DNA of 11,138 bases, from assembly GCA_041677685.1 (NCBI GenBank), contig JBAYPN010000023.1, positions 1-11,138 on the forward strand, given 5' to 3'. The stretch is from an archaeon (lineage in GTDB: Archaea > Iainarchaeota > Iainarchaeia > Iainarchaeales > CSSED10-239). A program made the translations under genes and the position numbers. This document shows positions 1-7,400 of this stretch, in pieces; position 1 is the stretch's first letter, and each line of letters begins with the position of its first letter. The notes under the pieces were generated by a model. That model worked only from the letters and a program-made list of their open reading frames with translations. It had not been told where the DNA came from and ran no database searches.

Positions 1-1
1 A

Positions 2-586
2 GTTGAAGATTATAGACAAGCTTCAACCATGTATGTTATTGCTGCTTTGAGAGACATTATTGGAGACTTTGAACTTACAGAAGTAATTACTAACATTGAA
101 AAAATTAATTCTGACTTAAAACAAGCATTAATTGAAATTGGAAAAGACTGGGGAATAAAAGTTACTTCAGTTGAACTAAGTGAAATAAAGATCCCACAAG
201 ACATCTTAGAAGCAATGCACCAACAAAAAGCCGCAGTTCAGAAAAAACTTGCAGTCTATGAACTTGCAGAATCTGAGAAAGCAAAAATTCTTGCTGTTAA
301 GGATGCTACTGACCAGTTGTCTGACAAGACTGTGATCTATTATTATTTAAAAGCTTTAGAGAAAATGGCAGAAGGACAATCTTCAAAGATCATTTTCCCA
401 ATGGAATTAACATCACTTTTAGAGAAGGTCACAGATAATATTGGACAAACAAAAGGAAAACTAAACCCAAATGCTTTAGAAAAAGGAATAAATGAAAAAA
501 GCTTAGAGAAGTTTTTACCATTTATACAAGGATATATCAATTCAGAGAAAAATAAGAAGAAAGGAAAAGTGATTAAGAAAAAATAA
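2..586 (+). CDS. SPFH/band-7 (stomatin/prohibitin-family) membrane scaffold protein, C-terminal part; the 5' end lies outside the window
   Basis: The frame is open from nt 2 (VEDYRQAST precedes the listed Met at 29), so the listed ATG is probably internal. The stretch ALRDIIGDFELTEVI...INSDL...DWGIKVTSVELSEIKIPQDILEAMHQQKAA matches the conserved end of the SPFH core (xxLRxxiG...l.e.l, WGIKVxxVEIkdI.lP, then an Ala/Gln/Lys-rich coiled coil). It ends in a Lys-rich tail. Stop TAA at 584-586. Confidence 0.8.
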   Translation, partial: VEDYRQASTMYVIAALRDIIGDFELTEVITNIEKINSDLKQALIEIGKDWGIKVTSVELSEIKIPQDILEAMHQQKAAVQKKLAVYELAESEKAKILAVKDATDQLSDKTVIYYYLKALEKMAEGQSSKIIFPMELTSLLEKVTDNIGQTKGKLNPNALEKGINEKSLEKFLPFIQGYINSEKNKKKGKVIKKK

Positions 587-589
587 AAA
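578..589 (-). terminator. Oligo-T tract (TTTTTATTTTTT on the minus strand) immediately 3' of the taw3 stop codon; candidate archaeal intrinsic terminator
   Basis: Plus strand 578-589 reads aaaaaataaaaa. The same bases encode the KK* end of the convergent SPFH gene. Archaeal RNA polymerase terminates at oligo-T runs. In DNA this AT-rich, chance occurrence is likely. Confidence 0.35.
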
Positions 590-1189
590 CTATTTAAATT
601 TTTCTAAAAAAGACTTTGAGAATCTTGAAAGTCTTTCAAAATTAATTTCCATTTTTTTGTTTGCTCTTTCTAAAACCAATTTTAAATAATCATCTGAAAT
701 TAAAACAACATCATAAACTTTTACTGGCAAAGCCATAAACTGTGTGCTTGTAATTTCTAAAATATACTTACCATCCTTTGCTGTAATTATTCCAGCTTTT
801 TTAAGACCAAACTCTTGAGAAAAAGAAAGAACTTCTTTTGCTTTTTGGTAATCTTTACACCCAAAATGAAAGATAAATGACTCTATCTTTAACCAAAGAT
901 CATTTTCTGAAACTTGGGCAATATCCCTTTTAATTTCTTCAAAAGAAACAGTTCTGTGATATTTTTTATGAAAAGAAGAAATCTTTTTTGACTCTTCTTC
1001 ATTTGTAGAAAGTAACATTATTCTTCCTGCACAACTACTTGAGGTAAAAATATCAGGAATCTTTACAACCTCTAAAAGAAAGGGAACAAGAATCTCATCA
1101 ACTTTTTTCTCCACAATTGCTTTGTTTAGAGTATCTGTATGATATTGTTTTAACATACTAAATCTTTGATTAGTTACATTATTATCCAT
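590..1189 (-). CDS. taw3: tRNA(Phe) wyosine-derivative N-methyltransferase, TYW3/Taw3 family
   Basis: 199-aa ORF. There is an exact match to the family signature (S/T)xSSCxGR at TSSSCAGR (nt 1022-1045). Flanking family-like blocks are VDEILVPFLLEVVKIPDIFT upstream, and FIFHFGCKDYQKAKEVL and GLKKAGII...ILEITSTQFMALPV downstream. ATG at 1187-1189, stop TAG at 590-592. Confidence 0.8.
   Translation of the reverse strand: MDNNVTNQRFSMLKQYHTDTLNKAIVEKKVDEILVPFLLEVVKIPDIFTSSSCAGRIMLLSTNEEESKKISSFHKKYHRTVSFEEIKRDIAQVSENDLWLKIESFIFHFGCKDYQKAKEVLSFSQEFGLKKAGIITAKDGKYILEITSTQFMALPVKVYDVVLISDDYLKLVLERANKKMEINFERLSRFSKSFLEKFK
599..603 (+). terminator. T5 tract 13 nt after the SPFH stop, inside the 3' end of taw3; candidate terminator
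   Basis: ttttt at 599-603 on the plus strand. This is weak evidence because T5 is common in this sequence. Confidence 0.25.
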
Positions 1190-1212
1190 AAGTTATACTT
1201 CCTTTTAATAAA

Positions 1213-1224
1213 CATATATTTTTA
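1213..1224 (-). promoter_or_regulatory. TATA-like element centred about 27 nt upstream of the taw3 ATG (leaderless-type geometry)
   Basis: The minus strand reads ttaaaaatatatg. The spacing to ATG 1189 fits an archaeal TATA box at -26/-27 with the transcription start at or near the start codon. TATA-like strings are frequent here, so this is tentative. Confidence 0.3.
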
Positions 1225-1234
1225 AGATATTAGA

Positions 1235-1248
1235 TTATATAATATATA
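1235..1248 (+). promoter_or_regulatory. TATA-like element for the divergent plus-strand gene starting at 1283
   Basis: ttatataatatata lies about 40 nt upstream of ATG 1283. An AGGTG (1267-1271) Shine-Dalgarno-like string lies between them. If this is the promoter, the TTG at 1250 listed in the ORF track falls outside the transcript or at its very 5' end. Confidence 0.3.
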
Positions 1249-1282
1249 CTTGAAAAGATATTTAATAGGTGTTGTGGACAAT

Positions 1283-2104
1283 ATGGACTTAAAGAAAATA
1301 ACAATAACAATTTTTATATTATTAATTTTTATAAACATCAACCATTCTGTTTTTGCAGTAAAGATATTAGAGCCTGTCTATGAGGACCTAAGATACACAA
1401 ATGTTGTTGACCTTGGGTTTGCTTCCCCTGGAGAATCTTTTTTAATTAGCTTTTTAATTGAGAAAGGAGAAGACTACACAGACATTAAAATTAATCAAGA
1501 ACAAAAACAAAAGGTAATTATTGAAAATGTGAAAAATACAAAAGAAAGTATATTTACTACAATTAAATTAGATGAAGAACTAAAAGAAGGAGAATTACTT
1601 TTAAAAATAATATTGGTTGGAAAAGAACAGCAAAAAGAAATTATCTTAAAATTAGATGTTTCTGATAAAGTCATATACACAACATTAGATGAGTATTTGG
1701 AAACTGGAAACTATGATGAACCTAAAACCATTAAGTTTAATGTCATTAATAAATCTATAACTACAAAAACAATAATTGTAAGCTCTGACTTATCTGATTA
1801 TTGGTTTAATAAAGATATTAAAAAACATAAAAAAATGTACTTAACACCAAATTCAATAACAAACATAACATACACCTTTACACCAAAAGAAATTGGAACC
1901 ACTAACTTTAAAGTTTACATCATCCCTATTATTAATGAAAAGACAATGTTTATAAACACTGATGACTATATAATTTATAATTTAAAAACAGATATTAAAA
2001 AAAGCATTAGTGGAATATACGGTACTAAGGAACACTATTTTCCTCTATTTAATAATAACCTAATACCAATTTATTTCTTTAATAAAATAATTAAATTAAT
2101 TTAA
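1283..2104 (+). CDS. Secreted or membrane-associated hypothetical protein with a CARDB/COG1361-like beta-sandwich segment
   Basis: From ATG 1283 the N-terminus is MDLKKITITIFILLIFININHSVFA|VK: a charged n-region, a hydrophobic core and an A-x-A-like cleavage site. The downstream segment PKTIKFNVINKSITTKTIIVSSDLSD...LTPNSITNITYTFTPKEIGTTNFKVYI shows the alternating pattern of adhesion-type beta-sandwiches. There are no Cys residues and no catalytic motif. The start is chosen over TTG 1250 because the signal peptide then begins at the N-terminus. Confidence 0.6.
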   Translation: MDLKKITITIFILLIFININHSVFAVKILEPVYEDLRYTNVVDLGFASPGESFLISFLIEKGEDYTDIKINQEQKQKVIIENVKNTKESIFTTIKLDEELKEGELLLKIILVGKEQQKEIILKLDVSDKVIYTTLDEYLETGNYDEPKTIKFNVINKSITTKTIIVSSDLSDYWFNKDIKKHKKMYLTPNSITNITYTFTPKEIGTTNFKVYIIPIINEKTMFINTDDYIIYNLKTDIKKSISGIYGTKEHYFPLFNNNLIPIYFFNKIIKLI

Positions 2105-2126
2105 TCTAAAAAGAATACTTACTTTC

Positions 2127-2137
2127 TTTTTATAAAA
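2127..2137 (+). promoter_or_regulatory. TATA box (tttttataaaa) for elp3; the geometry implies a leaderless mRNA
   Basis: The TATA core is centred about 22-26 nt upstream of ATG 2154, and no Shine-Dalgarno sequence lies in between. It is preceded by a T-rich run (2123-2130) that could also terminate the upstream gene. Confidence 0.4.
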
Positions 2138-2153
2138 GTTACTTAGAGAAATT

Positions 2154-3686
2154 ATGAATAAAAAATATATTGATCAATTAAAATCTTTTTTTCAAAAAAT
2201 AGATGTGAAGGTAATAACTAACCAAGAGCTACAAAAATTAAAATCAGACTTTGCAAAAAAACACAACCTTACAAAAATACCATTAACCTCAGACATCCTT
2301 CTAGCTCTAGAGATTAAAAATCCAACAAAGACTTTTGTAACCAAACCAAAAAGAACACTTTCAGGAGTAACTGTTATTTCTGTAATGACTAAACCTGATC
2401 CTTGCCCAGGAAAATGCATCTACTGCCCAACATATAAAGATGCACCTAAAAGCTATACAGGCTTTGAACCTGCAGCCATGAGAGGACAACTAAATAACTT
2501 TGATGCCTATAAACAGGTAAAAGAAAGACTTAGACAATTAAATTCAATTGGACACCCTACAAACAAATTAGAACTTATAGTTATGGGGGGAACTTTTCCT
2601 GCAACACCTGTAACTTACCAAAACAAATTTATAATTGACATTTATAAAGCAGTTACTGGTTCTAAAAGTAATAACATAAACACCCTTAAAAAAAAGGCAA
2701 TGACCTCTCAAAAAAGAATAATTGGACTAACCTTTGAAACAAGACCTGACTTTTGTAATAAACAAATAATTGAAAAACTTCTTATTTTTGGAGGTACAAG
2801 AGTAGAGCTTGGTGTTCAGACAACACATGATGATGTTTTTGAAATAGTCAAGAGAGGACACACAACAAAAGAGGTTATAGAGACTACAAAGTTATTAAAG
2901 GACTCAGGATTTAAGGTACTTTACCACATGATGCTTGGGCTTCCTGGAAGTAACTACAAAAAAGATCTAGAAAGCTTTAAAGAAATATTTTCTAACCCCG
3001 ATTATTGTCCTGACATGATAAAGATATACCCTTGCCTAGTAACAAAATACACAATCTTAGAAAAGATGTACTACTCAGGAGAATATAAAATTTATAGCTT
3101 TGAAAAAATAGTAAAATTGATTGCAGACATTAAAGAGATTGTGCCTAAATGGGTAAGGATTATGAGAGTGCAAAGAGATATTCCTGCAACAAAGATAATA
3201 GCAGGTATTCAAAAAAGCAATCTTAGAGAATATGTTTTTATGGAGTTAGAGAGAAGAAAAAAGAAATGTAATTGTATAAGGTGTAGAGAACCTAACAATA
3301 ATTTAAAAAATATAAACAACTATAAAATTAAAGAAATAGTTTATGAGGCATCGGGTGGAAAAGAATATTTCATATATGCAGAAAAAGAAAACTATTTGTT
3401 AGGTTTTATTAGACTAAGAGTTCCTCACAAACCATTCATAAAAGCAATTGATAAAAATACTGCAATTGTTAGAGAATTACATGTGTATGGGCAAGCAACA
3501 AACTTTGAAGATAAAAATGTACAACACCAAGGAATTGGAAAAGAATTGTTGACTCTTGCAGAAAAATATGCAAAATTTGAAAAAAAATCAAGAATTGCAG
3601 TCATCAGTGGGGTTGGAGTTAGAAAGTACTACGAGAAGCAAGGTTATAAACTTATTGAACCATATATGATTAAAAAAATAAAGTGA
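2154..3686 (+). CDS. elp3: Elp3-family tRNA uridine(34) carboxymethyl-modifying radical-SAM enzyme with a C-terminal GNAT acetyltransferase domain
   Basis: 510 aa. The radical-SAM cysteine triad is CPGKCIYC (C84/C88/C91, nt 2403-2426). Elp3-typical blocks are LELIVMGGTF, GLTFETRPD, TRVELGVQT..DDV, GH and YHMMLGLPG. There is a CNCIRCRE Cys cluster. The GNAT acetyl-CoA loop is QHQGIGKELL (nt 3522-3551), followed by VISGVGVRKYYEKQGY. Confidence 0.95.
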   Translation: MNKKYIDQLKSFFQKIDVKVITNQELQKLKSDFAKKHNLTKIPLTSDILLALEIKNPTKTFVTKPKRTLSGVTVISVMTKPDPCPGKCIYCPTYKDAPKSYTGFEPAAMRGQLNNFDAYKQVKERLRQLNSIGHPTNKLELIVMGGTFPATPVTYQNKFIIDIYKAVTGSKSNNINTLKKKAMTSQKRIIGLTFETRPDFCNKQIIEKLLIFGGTRVELGVQTTHDDVFEIVKRGHTTKEVIETTKLLKDSGFKVLYHMMLGLPGSNYKKDLESFKEIFSNPDYCPDMIKIYPCLVTKYTILEKMYYSGEYKIYSFEKIVKLIADIKEIVPKWVRIMRVQRDIPATKIIAGIQKSNLREYVFMELERRKKKCNCIRCREPNNNLKNINNYKIKEIVYEASGGKEYFIYAEKENYLLGFIRLRVPHKPFIKAIDKNTAIVRELHVYGQATNFEDKNVQHQGIGKELLTLAEKYAKFEKKSRIAVISGVGVRKYYEKQGYKLIEPYMIKKIK

Positions 3687-4003
3687 TTAGAAAAATGGCA
3701 AAATATGAATTCTTAATTAATATGCTCCAAAAGGATCCTGACCTCTATAAAATACTTAACTCTAAGCCACATTTGGAGATTTTAGAAGAAATTTCTAAAA
3801 AACCAATACTATTTAAAGATTTACAAATAAAAATATATTTTAAAAGAGTATCTATATTATATAATATATTAGATATGCTTATAGAGAAAGAATTTATTAA
3901 AAAAATAGTATTATCAGATAAAGAAACATATTATATAACAGAAACAGGAAATAAATTTATTCAGAACTATAAGGCATCTAAAGAAGAACTTAATTTAATT
4001 TAA
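3683..4003 (+). CDS. Small winged-helix-turn-helix DNA-binding protein (ArsR/MarR-like fold), putative transcriptional regulator
   Basis: 106 aa from GTG 3683, which overlaps the elp3 TGA stop as GTGA. The alternative start is ATG 3695, giving 102 aa. The pattern PHLEILEEISKKPILFKDLQ...VSILYNILDMLIEKEFIKKIVLSDKETYYITETG matches helix-turn-helix, a recognition helix and a beta-hairpin wing (the ..yY.lTe.G signature). The family call is by pattern only. Confidence 0.55.
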   Translation: MIRKMAKYEFLINMLQKDPDLYKILNSKPHLEILEEISKKPILFKDLQIKIYFKRVSILYNILDMLIEKEFIKKIVLSDKETYYITETGNKFIQNYKASKEELNLI

Positions 4004-4015
4004 AAATGAAAAAAA

Positions 4016-4019
4016 GGAG
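4016..4019 (+). promoter_or_regulatory. Shine-Dalgarno site (GGAG) 8 nt upstream of ATG 4028
   Basis: The sequence reads aaaaaGGAGaaaatattATG. It is complementary to the conserved 3' end of 16S rRNA. Internal operon genes in archaea typically use Shine-Dalgarno sites. Confidence 0.55.
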
Positions 4020-4027
4020 AAAATATT

Positions 4028-4378
4028 ATGGCAAATTTTTTAGGAGTATTGAGTATAGGAAAAGGAACTTGGGGACAAGTAGCACACATTATTGATAACT
4101 CAGAATATGAAAATGTATTCCTTGTTTCTAATGAATGGGCACAAGATAAATTTACTTGTACAAAAAAAGTAAATTGGATAATTATTGACCCAAGAAAAGG
4201 ATTTAGTGAAATTTTAGAAGACATTAGTAAACAATGGTCAGAGAAACTAGAAGACCTTGAACTTAACCTGCATTCTGGTAGTGGAAAGGAACATAGTGCT
4301 ATATTAGCAATATTAAAACAAAAAAAGATAAATTATAAGATAGTAACTATCAACGCAGATGGAATTGTGAAATATTAG
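4028..4378 (+). CDS. Orphan 116-aa cytoplasmic alpha/beta protein (Rossmann-like beta-alpha alternation); function unknown
   Basis: There is a good Shine-Dalgarno site and no signal peptide or transmembrane helix. Hydrophobic strands alternate with amphipathic helices: FLGVLSIG / QVAHIID / VFLVSN / NWIIID / FSEILEDISKQWSEKL / LELNLHSGSGKEH / SAILAILKQ / YKIVTIN. Gly-rich loops follow the first and fourth strands. I recognise no family. Confidence 0.7.
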   Translation: MANFLGVLSIGKGTWGQVAHIIDNSEYENVFLVSNEWAQDKFTCTKKVNWIIIDPRKGFSEILEDISKQWSEKLEDLELNLHSGSGKEHSAILAILKQKKINYKIVTINADGIVKY

Positions 4379-4393
4379 AATTGATATATCGAA

Positions 4394-4397
4394 GGAG
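4394..4397 (+). promoter_or_regulatory. Shine-Dalgarno site (aaGGAG) 10 nt upstream of GTG 4408
   Basis: The sequence reads cgaaGGAGtttaaaaactGTG. It supports GTG 4408 as the true start of the giant ORF rather than the TTG at 4381. Confidence 0.5.
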
Positions 4398-4407
4398 TTT
4401 AAAAACT

Positions 4408-7400
4408 GTGAAAAAATATTTAATTTTTTTTTTACTTTTAATAATACTTTCATTGTCAGGTTGTATACACTTACTTAACACACAACAAAAACAAATGTGC
4501 CTTACAGTCACACACTATTCTAAAAATAGTCTCCCTAACTGTGCAACCCAAAGTGCTTGTCTTGAGAAGGTAAATGAGATTAATTATTCTAATAAACTAC
4601 CATTCCAAATTTATAATGAATTAACTGTTTATAAAAACAATATTGCATCCACTTATCTGTTTTACAACAATAGTGTAAAGAATATAGAAAAAATAAATAA
4701 TAACTGCGACACAAATAATCCAAAGGAACTAATCGATGGGTTAAATGATTTCTTTTACTATGTAACTAATATCTTTAAATATAATGATTATGCCTCAGAA
4801 CAAAGTATAATCATCATTAAAGACCTAACTGTTTATTTACAAAACCAAGATGTAGAATTGATTCCTGAAGAAGAAATATATAATGATTATATATTGTTGA
4901 ATAAAAATTTAAATGAATTAAAGATCAACAAAAGTAATATACACTATATAAATAAACTAAACAAAGAAATTAAAAATCTACATGTAGTCGCAGAAGACTT
5001 TGGTTTTAAAAAAACATATTTGTCTGAAACAAACTACACTGATTTGATTAGCTATTATTATAATGTTGCACAAGTGCCTTCTGCTGATATTAAAATACCA
5101 AAAGCCTATCCTGCCATTAATTACTTGATCACTAATGTTTCAAAGTTAGAAACCTTAGAAAAAATTAATAAAAATTTAGGAAATGCAAATACTTATAACT
5201 TTTATTTATTATTGGATAGAATTGTTGGAACTAAAGATTCTGTGCATACAGATTTTGTAGAAATTGTAAACAGATTTAATAGAAATTATGATACTATTTT
5301 TTTAAAAATTAAAGAACTTGAAAAAAACATTTCTGAAAATAAGGATTATCTTTTAGATGAAAGATATAATGACTTTTTGGTAGAGAAAAGAAACTTTGAA
5401 AATAAAGAAATTAGCTTTGGAAAATATCTAGCTGATTTAAAAATTATAGAAAATGAAATCTATAATAATAAAATTACATCTCAGATAGATGATGAAGAGA
5501 AAAGTAAAGAGTTGTTAGCTTGTCAAGAACTTATCTTAGAAGCAAAAAACTATAAAAATCCATATTTTAAAAACAAAATTAAAGAATATGAAAACACAGA
5601 TAATTATAATGTGAAGATAGAAATTTGTAATCAACTAGAAGTTAGTTTGCAAAATGAAAGTTGCCTTGAAGAATTAAAAACTGTGCAAGAATCTGAAAAA
5701 ATCAATTTTGAAGAATTTCTATTTTTAAAAATAAATGATGTTTTTGAATGTAATGAATATCTGCAAACTATTAATCAAAAGTTAGAAGGGGATTCAACCT
5801 TAGTGTACATAAACAAACTGATTTTAGAAAACAAAAAAATAATCTCTGAAATCAAGAATAAAGAAAAAACCTTAAAACAAGATTCTGAAATATTAGATCT
5901 TGAAAATAAAGTTGATGTTGATCGGTTGTTACAAAATTATAAAAAAATAATTAATTCAGAAAATATTATTAAACAAGAATTAGAGATTAATGGCTTGTTA
6001 CTTGACATCACCAAACAATTAATAAATAATGAAAAGTATACTTTTGAAATTGTAAATAACAAATATTATTTTACACTTACTAATCCTTTCTCTTTTAACC
6101 TAGAGGGGGTGGTTTACACACAAGTGCCTATCTCTGACAAGATTATAAGTAAAGATAACTTACTTACAATAAAAAAAAATAAGATATATTTACAAAAATT
6201 ATTGCCAAACAAAAATTATTATCAAGTAGAAATTGAAAATCACAAAAATATTATTAGAGAAATAATTAAATTAGATTTAGATAAGACAATTGTGAGATTA
6301 ATCATAACTAATGATGTTATTAATTTTATAGACACTTTTTATTTACCTAAAAACCTAATCATTACAAGCAGTAACACTGAATATTCTTTAGTAGAAGAAA
6401 ATGAAAATAGAACTTTGAGATATCTTACAAAAGAACAGACAGAATTTATATATGTAGCTGATGTTTTAGAGAACAATCCTGAAATTGAAAATATAGAAAT
6501 GTTGACAGAAGAAAAATATATTATCACAAGTCATTTTAGTTTAAAAAACATCTTTGAAGAAGATATTATTACCACCCCAGTAACAATTTACAAAATAGAT
6601 AGTGATGATGAGATAATTGTTAAAGAAAATAATAAAGAGGTTTATTTTGAAAAAGAAAATAACAGCATAAATATTAATTTAAGTCTTAAAAGGAATGAAA
6701 CTAAAAACTACACCTTACAAATACTTAAAGACAAAGATGGGGTTTTAGAAGAGATCCAAGAACTGAACCTAATTATTAATGACTTAAAGTTAAGCTATTT
6801 TGAAGATGTGCAAAAAATAATTAATTTAAATAAATTTTTGCAACTTGACACAGAAAAAATTGATTATTCCTTTGAAGATATAAAACAATATTATTCTTTA
6901 AAACAAGAAATCTATGATGTCTTGAAATTAGAAACTGAAAATAGAATTGTTGAACAAAAATATATTAGCTTACACTCTGAGCTTTTAGAAAAATTAGATG
7001 AAGAAGAACTTCTAAAATTAAGTGAAATTGATTATGATAAATATAAAAATATCAAATATAGTTTGTATCTTTTAGAAAATCTAAAACAAAAAATAATAAT
7101 AAAAAATAAAAAAGAAACAGATAAATTGATTGAAGAAAATATAACTAAACAAAGAGAAGTTGAAAATAAAATAAGTTACTTAGAAAATGAAGATGTTAAA
7201 AACAAATTGTTAAAAGAAATTACAAACATTAACTTTGATGAAAATAATCAAACCCTATTTTCAAATATTTTAGAGAAAGTAAATAACTCTGCAAAAACAG
7301 AAGCTACAACTATATATGAGCTACTAATTAAACTTGATAACATCATAGAAGAAGACACCACAAACAAACTATTAGAGGATATTGAATGGTTGTATGAAGA

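Noticed and set aside
10-540. Minus-strand ORFs 10..204 and 343..540 from the ORF track
   Set aside because: Both lie entirely antisense within the SPFH gene, which has clear family motifs. Their translations are low-complexity and hydrophobic or Ser/Phe-rich, as expected of shadow ORFs in AT-rich DNA.
1250-1282. TTG 1250 as the start of the 284-aa ORF; likewise TTG 4381 for the giant ORF and ATG 8056 for the 398-aa ORF
   Set aside because: In each case a downstream start (ATG 1283, GTG 4408, ATG 8080) puts a canonical signal peptide exactly at the N-terminus. Each is better supported by a Shine-Dalgarno-like site or by TATA spacing, and the upstream extensions overlap the putative promoter or Shine-Dalgarno sequence. 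The upstream starts cannot be strictly excluded without N-terminal or 5'-end data.
1495-2419. Minus-strand ORFs 1495..1680 and 2192..2419
   Set aside because: They are antisense shadows inside the 273-aa protein gene and elp3 respectively. They have no start context and no recognisable motifs.
4043-4069. Walker-A-like string GVLSIGKGT in the 116-aa protein, suggesting a P-loop NTPase
   Set aside because: The position after GK is Gly rather than Ser/Thr, there is no Walker B candidate, and 116 aa is too short for a P-loop NTPase fold.
4000-4224. Minus-strand ORF 4000..4224
   Set aside because: It is antisense to the Shine-Dalgarno-preceded 116-aa ORF and would break an otherwise tightly packed co-directional gene array. 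There are no supporting signals.
6339-6527. Minus-strand ORF 6339..6527
   Set aside because: It is an antisense shadow inside the giant ORF.
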